A stretch of 24,833 bases of DNA from a virus (taxonomy: Duplodnaviria > Caudoviricetes). Shown one piece after another: positions 1 to 7,762 of the stretch. How positions within the stretch are numbered: the first letter of the stretch is position 1; every line of letters starts with the position of its first letter. Below the pieces are notes generated by a model. The model was given only the letters and a program-made list of their open reading frames with translations. It did no database searches and had not been told where the DNA came from. The stretch is taken from IMG/VR virus record IMGVR_UViG_3300048574_000181, positions 1-24,833 of that record. One strand, given 5' to 3'. Made by a program: the position numbers and the translations under genes.

Positions 1-72
1 CGTCGTTGGTGGCAGATAGGCTACGACCACGCCATCGTCCTGGCGCGCGAGAGTGCGCGCAGAAGCCTTTGA
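1..72 (+). CDS. Possible 3' end of an upstream gene (partial, ...RRWWQIGYDHAIVLARESARRSL*)
   Basis: Frame 1 is open from the window edge to TGA at 70-72; too short to identify. Confidence 0.35.
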   Translation, partial: RRWWQIGYDHAIVLARESARRSL

Positions 73-125
73 CAGCCTCTCCATCCGTCTGTCAGAGTGC
101 CCTCCGGCGCGCCGCCATCCTTCCC

Positions 126-172
126 CCCTGAAACCTTTCAAGGCCGATTTAATCCCCCGTGAGGGCGATTGT
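126..172 (+). promoter_or_regulatory. Putative late promoter 1 (activator dyad plus -10 element) upstream of the lysis cassette
   Basis: CCCTGAAACCTTTCAAGGCCGATTT (126-150) matches 8040-8064 at 22/25 nt. It contains the dyad TGAAA-CC-TTTCA. The hexamer GATTGT (167-172) sits at the same offset as CATTGT in copy 2. Confidence 0.7.
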
Positions 173-201
173 CCGAGGGTATTCAACCCGGGGTTCAATA
201 G

Positions 202-1110
202 ATGGTCATGGGGGTAAGCCCTGAAGGCGTGAAGTTCATCGAGCGCCACGAGGGCGTGGTCCTGAAGGCGTACCGCGACGTGGCGGGCGTCTGGACGATC
301 GGCGCGGGCCTCACCGCGGCCTCGGGCGTGGTGACGCCGAAGCACGGGCTGACAATCACGAAGGAGGAGGCGAGACGCCTCCTGGCGCTGGCGATCACCC
401 GCAACTATGCCCCCGCGGTGCGTGCGGTCATGCCGGGCTCGGTGCAGCACGAGTTCGACGGCGGGGTGAGCTTTCACTTCAACACCGGCGCGATCGGGCG
501 CGCGAGCTGGGTGGATGCCTGGCGCCGCCGGGACAAGGAAGCTGTGCGCAAGGGCCTCGCCAGGTGGGTGAAGGGCGGCGGCAAGGTGCTGCCGGGCCTG
601 CAACGCCGCCGCGAGGAAGAGGCGCGCCTGATCAGCGACGGAGCCTACGACGCGACAGAGGCAACGCCGCCGCGGCAGAGGAACGCGGCGCGGGTCGCGC
701 TCCGGCTGTCGCCGGCAGAGCTGGCGGCGGCCCGCGAGGGCTTCGGCAAGCTTGGCTACGACCCCGGGGCCGATCCGCGCTTCGTCGCGTTCGACGCTGT
801 CTGGCGTTTCCAGCGCGACCACGACCTTGCCGTCGACGGCATCCTCGGCCGCGCCACGCTCACGACGCTGCAGCGCCGTCTCGACGCGCGCCGGACGTCC
901 GCCCAGACCGTCGCGGCCGGCGGTGGCGGTGCCGCGGCGACACAGGCGCCGGGGATCGGCGATACCCTGCCTGACACCGTGATCCTGGTGGGCGTCGGGG
1001 TCGTGACCGCCCTCGTCCTTCTCTGGCTTGCCTGGACCTACCGCGACGTGGTCGCCGCCAAGCTCCAGCGCCTCGCACCCCGAACCGCAACCTGGCTGAG
1101 GAGCCGCTAG
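202..1110 (+). CDS. Endolysin: GH24 (T4-type) lysozyme, peptidoglycan-binding domain, C-terminal hydrophobic segment
   Basis: HEG...YRDVAGVWTIG gives the E-x8-D-x5-T catalytic pattern, with LPGLQRRREEE downstream. AVWRFQRDHDLAVDGILGRAT is a PG_binding_1-type motif. VILVGVGVVTALVLLWLAWTY is TM-like. The start may be 208. Confidence 0.92.
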   Translation: MVMGVSPEGVKFIERHEGVVLKAYRDVAGVWTIGAGLTAASGVVTPKHGLTITKEEARRLLALAITRNYAPAVRAVMPGSVQHEFDGGVSFHFNTGAIGRASWVDAWRRRDKEAVRKGLARWVKGGGKVLPGLQRRREEEARLISDGAYDATEATPPRQRNAARVALRLSPAELAAAREGFGKLGYDPGADPRFVAFDAVWRFQRDHDLAVDGILGRATLTTLQRRLDARRTSAQTVAAGGGGAAATQAPGIGDTLPDTVILVGVGVVTALVLLWLAWTYRDVVAAKLQRLAPRTATWLRSR

Positions 1111-1368
1111 ATGACCAAGGGCGAATACCGCGTCGGCGTGACGTTCAACCCCTCGGGCGACGACCAGGTCACCGCGATCAAGGCCGCGGCGGCGCGGTTC
1201 ATCGACCTCGTCGAGGGCATACAGACGCATTCCTCGGCCCGGCTCGCGATCGATGACGAGGCCTGCCGCGAGCGCGGCCGGCTGAAGGCACTCGCCCGGA
1301 CCGCCGCCGAGGAGGCGGCGATGTGGGCCGTGAAGGCCGCCACCAAACCCAACCGCGCGGAGGGCTGA
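1111..1368 (+). CDS. Small helical-hairpin protein, Acb2/Tad1-like (candidate anti-defence nucleotide sponge)
   Basis: 85 aa, directly abutting the endolysin stop. The C-terminal helix RLKALARTAAEEAAMWAVKA fits the A-x-T-x-x-EEA-x-MW pattern I recall from Tad1/Acb2-hairpin proteins. Confidence 0.6.
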   Translation: MTKGEYRVGVTFNPSGDDQVTAIKAAAARFIDLVEGIQTHSSARLAIDDEACRERGRLKALARTAAEEAAMWAVKAATKPNRAEG

Positions 1369-1369
1369 C

Positions 1370-1651
1370 ATGCGGTGGATCTTCTTCCTTCTGACATTCG
1401 CGCTTGCCCAGCCGGCCAACGCCCTTGTCTGCGTGCCGCTCGACGACGCGCTCGCACATCTGGCCGAGCGGTGGCACGAAACCCCGGTGTTCACGGGCGC
1501 CTTCGAGGACGGCGCCTGGATCGTCACCGCCGCGCCGGACGGCGGCAGCTTCACCATCCTGCGCCTCACGCCCGATGGCATGACCTGTATTGCCGGCGCG
1601 GGCGAAGGATGGGCCGCTGCCCCCGTGACACATTCCGGAAAGGACGGCTGA
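1370..1651 (+). CDS. Small exported protein of unknown function (signal peptide, two Cys)
   Basis: MRWIFFLLTFALAQPANA is a Sec-type signal with an AxA cleavage site. Cys residues occur near both ends of the mature domain. GGAGG lies upstream of the ATG. Confidence 0.75.
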   Translation: MRWIFFLLTFALAQPANALVCVPLDDALAHLAERWHETPVFTGAFEDGAWIVTAAPDGGSFTILRLTPDGMTCIAGAGEGWAAAPVTHSGKDG

Positions 1652-1652
1652 C

Positions 1653-2165
1653 ATGGCCCCCGCACTGATTTCCCTGGCCGCCCAGATCGGCGCCCCGATC
1701 ATCCGCGACATCCTCGCCCGCAAGATCGGCCGCGAGAACGCCGAACTCGCCAGCGACGTGGTCGGCATGATCGCGAAGCGCGCGGGTGTCGCCCCCGAGG
1801 CGGTCGAACAGCTTGCCGCCGACGAACCCGACCGGGTGATGACGGCGATGGTCGCCGTCGAGGGCGACGTGGCCGAGCTGGCGCCGCTCTATGCCGCCGA
1901 GATCGCGGCCCGGCAGGAGACCTTCGCGGCCGAGAGGGAGGAGCCGCTCTGGGTCCGCGCCTGGCGGCCCTTGGGCATGTACGGGCTGGGGTTCTTCTGG
2001 CTCTGGAACCTTGTCCTCCTCCACGTCGCGAATGCCGTCTGGAAGATTGCCCTGCCGCCCACCGACCTCTCGGTGCTGATGCAGATCAGCGCGCTCTACA
2101 TGTCGCTCTACATGGGCGGCCACACCGCCAAGGACCTCATGGCGAAGTGGACGGGCCGCACCTGA
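1653..2165 (+). CDS. Holin, GTA 3TM-holin-like
   Basis: WRPLGMYGLGFFWLWNLVLLH and LMQISALYMSLYMGGHTAKD resemble the WRP...TM...TM-G-x-x-T-x-x-K pattern of GTA_holin_3TM; position in the lysis cassette fits. Confidence 0.75.
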   Translation: MAPALISLAAQIGAPIIRDILARKIGRENAELASDVVGMIAKRAGVAPEAVEQLAADEPDRVMTAMVAVEGDVAELAPLYAAEIAARQETFAAEREEPLWVRAWRPLGMYGLGFFWLWNLVLLHVANAVWKIALPPTDLSVLMQISALYMSLYMGGHTAKDLMAKWTGRT

Positions 2166-2530
2166 TGGAAGCCGACGTCCTGAACATCTCGCCCTTCGTC
2201 GTCTGGGTGATCGCGCTCTCGCAGCTCCTGACCTTCGGCCTGACGGTCTGGAACCTGATGGCCTCTGGCAGCCGCGCCAACGCCAAGGCGCTCGACGCAC
2301 ACAAGACCATGCTCGACCACCACGGGCTCCGTCTGAGTTCGATCGAGCAGGCTATCGCCGACAGCCCCGGCCGCAAGGACATGCACGAGCTGCACATCGC
2401 GCTCTCCGAGATGCGGGGCGACCTCAAGGAGATGCGGGCGACGATGAAGGGCAACAACGAGGTCATGCGGCGCCTCGAGACCATCGTCAGCCGCCACGAG
2501 GATCACCTGCTCGACGGAGCGAAACGATGA
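2165..2530 (+). CDS. Mu gp25-like / DUF2730 family membrane-anchored coiled-coil protein
   Basis: ATG at 2165 overlaps the holin TGA. N-terminal TM, then RLSSIEQAIADSPGRKDMHELHIALSEMRG and a C-terminal EDHLL. Usual position before gp26. Confidence 0.75.
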   Translation: MEADVLNISPFVVWVIALSQLLTFGLTVWNLMASGSRANAKALDAHKTMLDHHGLRLSSIEQAIADSPGRKDMHELHIALSEMRGDLKEMRATMKGNNEVMRRLETIVSRHEDHLLDGAKR

Positions 2531-2826
2531 ACGACTATGCCGAGACGCTGCGTCAGCACCGCCGCCTCGCGATCCTGCGCCACCTGGAGGCGGTGCCGGA
2601 CTACACCTCGAACGCCTCGATCCTGCAATCGGTGCTCCAGGGCGTGGGCCTGCCCTCGACTGCCGACCAGGTCGTGACCGAGCTCTCGTGGCTGCGCGAG
2701 CAGGGCTTCGCGGAGTTCGAGGGCACGGCCGAGTTCCTCGTCGTCACCGCCACCCGGCGCGGCGTCGAGATCGCGCGCGGCATGGCGACGCATCCGGACA
2801 TCCAGCGCCCGCGGCCGAGGCGCTGA
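2527..2826 (+). CDS. Mu gp26-like winged-helix protein
   Basis: RRLAILRHL...SNASIL...ELSWLREQG...ATRRGVEIARG...PDIQRPRP is the typical signature of this conserved Mu-like phage protein. Confidence 0.8.
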   Translation: MNDYAETLRQHRRLAILRHLEAVPDYTSNASILQSVLQGVGLPSTADQVVTELSWLREQGFAEFEGTAEFLVVTATRRGVEIARGMATHPDIQRPRPRR

Positions 2827-2827
2827 G

Positions 2828-3367
2828 ATGCCGGTCCCCCGCAAGGTCGATCTCCTGCCGCCCGAGCTCAGGACCTGGCTCGAGGCGGAACTGCGTGCCC
2901 GCGGTTTCGGCGGTTATGTCGAGCTGGCCGAGGCGTTGAACGGCAAGCTCGAGGGCGAGGGGCTCGAGCTTCGCATCCAGAAGTCGGCGCTGCAGGAATG
3001 GGGCGCGGAATACGCCGAGTTCGTGAAGGTGCAGAAGGCCGCCGATGCCTGGGCCAAGGAGTGGATGAGCGAGCAGGGGCTCGGCGACGAGGCCAAGCGC
3101 CACAACATCCTCTTCCAGATGATCACCGCGCTCGCCTTCAAGGTCATGCAGCACCAGATGACGAAGGAAGGCGACGAGATCGACCCGAAGGAGCTCCACT
3201 TCCTCGGCCGCATGATGAAGGACATCATGCATTCCTCGGGGATCCGCGAGCAGCTTCTCGCGGCCGAGCGCAAGCAGATGGCCGAGAAACTCGACAAGGC
3301 CGTCCAGGACGGCGAGGTCACCGAGGACTTCCGCGCCCAGGCGCGCCGGATCATGGGCTTCGTGTGA
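2828..3367 (+). CDS. Mu gp27-like / DUF3486 protein (putative small terminase subunit)
   Basis: N-terminal RKVDLLPPELRTWL...GY..LAE.L...I.KSAL; C-terminal RRIMG; lies upstream of TerL. Confidence 0.82.
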   Translation: MPVPRKVDLLPPELRTWLEAELRARGFGGYVELAEALNGKLEGEGLELRIQKSALQEWGAEYAEFVKVQKAADAWAKEWMSEQGLGDEAKRHNILFQMITALAFKVMQHQMTKEGDEIDPKELHFLGRMMKDIMHSSGIREQLLAAERKQMAEKLDKAVQDGEVTEDFRAQARRIMGFV

Positions 3368-3573
3368 TGGCATTCCGGTGGGTCGATCCGAAAGGGGGCC
3401 GGAGCTTCGACTATCCGACCGAAGCCGCGGCGCGCACGAACGCCATCTACAACGTTCGCGTCCGGGCAGGGGTGCCGGCAGAGCGCGCCGGCCGCGCGCT
3501 CGACAAGGACCTTGAAGATACCCTGTGGAAATCCATGAAGCACGCCGGCTGGAAGATCGAGGTCGATGTATGA
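3367..3573 (+). CDS. Hypothetical protein (68 aa) between small and large terminase genes
   Basis: ATG overlaps the gp27 stop (TGATG) and TGA overlaps the TerL start (ATGA), so it fills the gap exactly. Sequence MAFRWVDPKGG...WKIEVDV. Confidence 0.7.
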   Translation: MAFRWVDPKGGRSFDYPTEAAARTNAIYNVRVRAGVPAERAGRALDKDLEDTLWKSMKHAGWKIEVDV

Positions 3574-5018
3574 GCGCGGTGGCTCCCGAAAACCCGATCA
3601 TCAAGTTCCTGCCCTACCAGCGGGCATGGATCGCGGACAAGGCGCGCTTCAAGATCGGCATGTTCACCCGGCGCGGCGGCAAGACGTTCGGCGCTAGCGG
3701 CGAGATCGTCGACGACTGCACGCAGGCCGAGATCGACGGGCGCAAGGTGCGCTGGACGATCCTGTCGCGCTCGGAGAACACCGCGAAGGAGGCGATGGAG
3801 GACGCGCTGAAGCCGATGACGCGCGCCTACTACGAGGTGCTGCGCGGGCTTTCGCGGCGTGGCCAGCCGGTCTTCGAGGAAGGCCAGTTCCACGTGCCCG
3901 CCCATGCCCGCGAGGTGCGGCAGGGCGACCAGGTCTTCAAGGTCGATGTCCCTGAGGCCACCTACAAGACGCACGAGGTCCGTTTCCCGGGCGGCAGCCG
4001 CGTCGTGGCGCTGTCTGCCTCCCCGGATGCCGCGCGGGGCTTCGGCGGCAATCTCCTGCTCGACGAGTTCGCCTTCCACGCCGACAGCCGGCGCATCTGG
4101 GGCTCGGCCTTCCCGGTGGCCGCGCGCGGCGGCCACAAGATCCGCGTGATCTCGACCCCGAACGGCAAGGGCAACAAGTTCTACGAGCTGATGACGGCCG
4201 AGGACACGAACTGGTCGCGGCATGTGGTCGACATCTACGAGGCCGTCAAACAGGGCCTTGACGTCGACATCGAGGAGCTGCGGAAGGGCATGTCCGACGA
4301 GGACGCCTGGGCACAGGAGTTCGAGCTGAAGTGGCTCGACGAGGCCGCCGCCTGGCTCGACTACGACCTCATCTCGGCGGCGGAGCATCCGGCCGCCGGC
4401 ATCCCGGGTCTCTACCAGGGCGGGCCCTGTTATGTGGGTGTCGACATCGCCGCCCGGAAGGACCTCTTCGTCATCGCCGTGTTCGAGCGGGTGGGAGATG
4501 TCCTCTGGCTGCGCGAGTTGATCGCCCGCCGCCGCATCTCGTTCCAGGACCAGGACCAGCTCCTCGACGACGTCTTCCGCCGCTACCGCGTGGTGCGCTG
4601 CCGGATGGACCAGACGGGAATGGGTGAAAAGCCCGTCGAGGACGCGCAGCGACGCCACGGCGAGACCCGCGTCGAGGGCGTCCTCTTCACCTCCGCCGCG
4701 CGGCTCGAGCTTGCGACCGACCTCAAGGAGGCGATGCAGGACCGCAAGGCCCGTATCCCGGCCGGCGACCCGGTGCTGCGCGCGGACCTCCATGCGATCA
4801 AGAGCCAGGTGGGTGTCACCGGTATCCGCCGCCTGGTCGCGGACGGCGACACCGACGGTCACGCCGACCGCTTCTGGGGAATGGCCCTCGGTGTATCGGC
4901 CGCCAGCGTGTCCTACCAGCCGTTCGACTATCAGCCCGTTCCGATCCACGGCGGCGACAACTTCGACCGCGAGGTGAGGATCACGGGTGGCTTCACCGCG
5001 CATAAAGGGATCTGGTGA
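3570..5018 (+). CDS. terL: Large terminase subunit (Mu gp28-like), 482 aa
   Basis: FLPYQRAW (Q motif), TRRGGKTF (Walker A), LLLDEFAFH (Walker B), VISTPNG (motif III), YVGVDIA, MDQTGMG and GHADRFW (RNase H-like nuclease). Start set at the coupled ATG 3570. Confidence 0.95.
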   Translation: MSAVAPENPIIKFLPYQRAWIADKARFKIGMFTRRGGKTFGASGEIVDDCTQAEIDGRKVRWTILSRSENTAKEAMEDALKPMTRAYYEVLRGLSRRGQPVFEEGQFHVPAHAREVRQGDQVFKVDVPEATYKTHEVRFPGGSRVVALSASPDAARGFGGNLLLDEFAFHADSRRIWGSAFPVAARGGHKIRVISTPNGKGNKFYELMTAEDTNWSRHVVDIYEAVKQGLDVDIEELRKGMSDEDAWAQEFELKWLDEAAAWLDYDLISAAEHPAAGIPGLYQGGPCYVGVDIAARKDLFVIAVFERVGDVLWLRELIARRRISFQDQDQLLDDVFRRYRVVRCRMDQTGMGEKPVEDAQRRHGETRVEGVLFTSAARLELATDLKEAMQDRKARIPAGDPVLRADLHAIKSQVGVTGIRRLVADGDTDGHADRFWGMALGVSAASVSYQPFDYQPVPIHGGDNFDREVRITGGFTAHKGIW

Positions 5019-6568
5019 TGGCAATTCTCGATCAATACGGGCGGCCCGTCAGGCTCGAGGCCCTGACAAAGCCCAAGGCGGAGCCCGGGCTTTCCGGCGT
5101 CCGCAATGTCTGGGGCCACTCGGTCGCGTCGGGGCTCACGCCGGCGAGGCTGGCATCGATCCTGCGGGCCTGCGACGACGGCAGCATCGACGAGTTCATC
5201 ACCCTGGCGGAGGAGATGGAGGAGCGGGATCCGCATTACTTCTCAGTGCTAGGCATCCGAAAGCGCGCGGTCTCCGGAGTGCGGCCGACGGTCGCCGCGG
5301 CATCCGACGCGGCCGGTGACGTGAGGATCGCGGACGCCGTGCGGGACAAGATCGCCGAGCATGACGGGTTTCCGGATCTGGTCGAGGAACTGCTCGATGC
5401 CATTGGCAAGGGGTTCGCCGTGGTGGAGATCGACTGGCGGAAGAGCGCGCGGGAGTGGTGGCCCGAGCGGTTCCTGCCGCGGTCGCAGCGTTTCTTCACC
5501 TTCGATAGGATCGCCGGGTCAGAGATCCGCCTGCGTGACGAGGCCGATCCTGCCGATGGGGTGCCGCTCGATCCATTCTGCTTCATAACCCACCGGGCCC
5601 GCATGAAATCCGGCCTGACCTTCCGAGGCGGACTTGCCCGTGTCGTCGCCTTCAGCTGGATGTGCAAGGCCTACGACCTCAAGGACTGGATCGCGTTCAT
5701 CGAGACCTACGGCCTGCCGCTGAGGCTCGGCCGCTACGGTGCCGAGCACTCGGCAGAGGACGTGCAGAAACTCTTCTCGGCGGTGGCGAACATCGGCACG
5801 GACGCGGCCGCGGTACTCCCGAAGAGCATGGAGATCGAGTTCACGGAGACGGGCGGCGGCACGACCGCCGACAAGGTGTTCGAGAATTTCGCGCGCTACG
5901 TCGACGAGCAGATTTCGAAGGCGGTGCTCGGGCAGACGATGACGGCTGACAACGGGTCGTCGAAAAGCCAGGCGGAAGTGCACAATGAAGTCCGTCACGA
6001 CATCGCGGCGGCGGACGCCCGGGCGCTCAAGGGCACGCTCGCCCGCGACCTGGTGAAACCCTTCGTCGATTTGAACTTCGGTGTCCAGGAGCGGTACCCG
6101 ACGCTATCGATCGACATTGCCGAGCCCGAGGACACGGCGATGATCATCGACAAGGGCCTTGCAATGGCCCGCCAGGGCGTCCGGATCAAGGCGAGCGAAC
6201 TGCGCGGAAAGCTCGGCTTCGCCGAACCGGATGACGACGACGAGATTGTCGGGACAGGCCCCGCGCCCGCCGCGGAGGGCTCCCGGCCGGCTACGAATAC
6301 CGCGCTGAACCGCGCGAGTAACGCCGACGACCTCGACGAGATCGAGGCCGGCATGCTCGACGACTGGGACGACGTCATGGAGGATGTCCTCGGTCCGATC
6401 GAGGCGATCGTCGCCGGTGCGGCGACCTACCAGGAACTGAAGGCGCGGCTTGCAGAGGCGGCGCCGCAACTCGGCGCGTCGCGGCTCATCGATGCGCTCG
6501 TCAAGGGGATGTTCAAGGCGCGCGCCATCGGCGATGCGGGTCAGCCAGGTGCGGGTGACGGGACGTGA
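5018..6568 (+). CDS. Portal protein (Mu gp29 / DUF935)
   Basis: ILDQYGRP, GLTPARLASILR, EEMEERDPH, DAIGKGFAVVEIDW, FIETYGLPLRLGRY, QISKAVLGQTMT, AEVHNEVRHDI. Confidence 0.95.
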   Translation: MAILDQYGRPVRLEALTKPKAEPGLSGVRNVWGHSVASGLTPARLASILRACDDGSIDEFITLAEEMEERDPHYFSVLGIRKRAVSGVRPTVAAASDAAGDVRIADAVRDKIAEHDGFPDLVEELLDAIGKGFAVVEIDWRKSAREWWPERFLPRSQRFFTFDRIAGSEIRLRDEADPADGVPLDPFCFITHRARMKSGLTFRGGLARVVAFSWMCKAYDLKDWIAFIETYGLPLRLGRYGAEHSAEDVQKLFSAVANIGTDAAAVLPKSMEIEFTETGGGTTADKVFENFARYVDEQISKAVLGQTMTADNGSSKSQAEVHNEVRHDIAAADARALKGTLARDLVKPFVDLNFGVQERYPTLSIDIAEPEDTAMIIDKGLAMARQGVRIKASELRGKLGFAEPDDDDEIVGTGPAPAAEGSRPATNTALNRASNADDLDEIEAGMLDDWDDVMEDVLGPIEAIVAGAATYQELKARLAEAAPQLGASRLIDALVKGMFKARAIGDAGQPGAGDGT

Positions 6569-7761
6569 ACGACCGCCCGGCCTACAGTTTGGACCCGGGT
6601 CCGCCGCCGGAGGCCTCGCGCTTCCTGCGCAACAAGGGCCTTATTCCGAGCTTCAGCTGGCAGGACGTCGAGCCGGAGGAGCATGCGGTCGCCTTCACCG
6701 TCGCCAAGGCGATGCAGATCGACGTCCTCGAGACGATCCGCGAGGAAGTTCAGCGCGCGCTGGACGATGGCCTGCCGCTCGCGGAGTTCCGGCGCACACT
6801 GCGGCCGCGCCTCGAGAAGCACGGATGGTGGGGTGTGAAGGCGATGGTCGATCCGGAGACCGGCGAGGCGAAGGAAGTGCGCCTCGGCACGCCGCGCCGC
6901 CTCAGGACGATCTACAATGCGAACATCCGCTCGGCGCGCGCGGCCGGCCAGTGGGAAAGAATCGAGCGAGCGGCGCGCGCATTTCCCTATCTCGAATACC
7001 GGCTCGGACCCTCGGAACGCCACCGCCCGCACCACGCAATCAAGGAAGGTCTGATCATCCCGGTCGACGATCCGTTCTGGGACGAATGGATGCCGCCGAA
7101 CGGCTGGGGCTGCAAATGCTGGGTGAGGCAGGTGTCCAAGGCGGAGGCCGAGCGGCGCGGCATCGATCGCGCGCCGCTTCTGCCGAAGCGCCGCGTCCTG
7201 AACAAACGGACGGGCGAGATGAGGGAGGTCCCGGTCGGGATCGACCCGGGATGGGAGAGAAACCCCGGGAAGTTGAGGTTGCAGGCGATCGAGGCGGTCC
7301 TCGCCGAAAAGATCGAGGCGCTGCCGGAGGCCGCGGCGCGGGCAGCCGTGCTTGACATCGCCACCAGCTGGCGGGCGGAGCGCGTTCTCCTCGGCAGGGC
7401 ACCCGGAGCCGTTCCCGTCGCCGTCCTTCCCGGCGCCGTGGCAGCGGCCATAGAGAGCGGAACCACTGTCGTTCAGATGACAAGTTCCTACGGCGACAAG
7501 TTCAACCTCCGCAACAGAAGCGTCACCACCGACACGCTCATGATCATGGACGATGCGCTTCGGACGGGGATCCTGATCCTGGAAGAGACGGATGGAGGTT
7601 CGACGCTGCACGTCCTCTCGCGCGGCGATGCCGCCTGGCAGTTCGCGCTGAAACTCGTCCGCGCACAGCGTCAGGTCTGGATAAAGACCATGCACCGATC
7701 GCGGCCATCCAGGGCAAAAGCGGTGCTTCGCCGGCCGGGTACGAGATCGATCAGGGATTGA
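6565..7761 (+). CDS. MuF (gp30) minor head protein with C-terminal PBECR-like extension
   Basis: SFSWQDV..EEHA.AFTVAK, RRLRTIY.AN.RSA..AGQW, RHRPHH, DDPFW...PPNGWGCKC and GIDPGW..NPG identify Phage_Mu_F. About 130 further aa follow, ending WQFALK...VWIKTMHR. GTG start overlaps the portal stop. Confidence 0.9.
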   Translation: MNDRPAYSLDPGPPPEASRFLRNKGLIPSFSWQDVEPEEHAVAFTVAKAMQIDVLETIREEVQRALDDGLPLAEFRRTLRPRLEKHGWWGVKAMVDPETGEAKEVRLGTPRRLRTIYNANIRSARAAGQWERIERAARAFPYLEYRLGPSERHRPHHAIKEGLIIPVDDPFWDEWMPPNGWGCKCWVRQVSKAEAERRGIDRAPLLPKRRVLNKRTGEMREVPVGIDPGWERNPGKLRLQAIEAVLAEKIEALPEAAARAAVLDIATSWRAERVLLGRAPGAVPVAVLPGAVAAAIESGTTVVQMTSSYGDKFNLRNRSVTTDTLMIMDDALRTGILILEETDGGSTLHVLSRGDAAWQFALKLVRAQRQVWIKTMHRSRPSRAKAVLRRPGTRSIRD

Positions 7762-7762
7762 A

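Noticed and set aside
3840-3980. Intein or intron in the large terminase
   Set aside because: The segment between Walker A and Walker B looks slightly extended, but total length (482 aa) is normal and there are no intein splice motifs or frame breaks.
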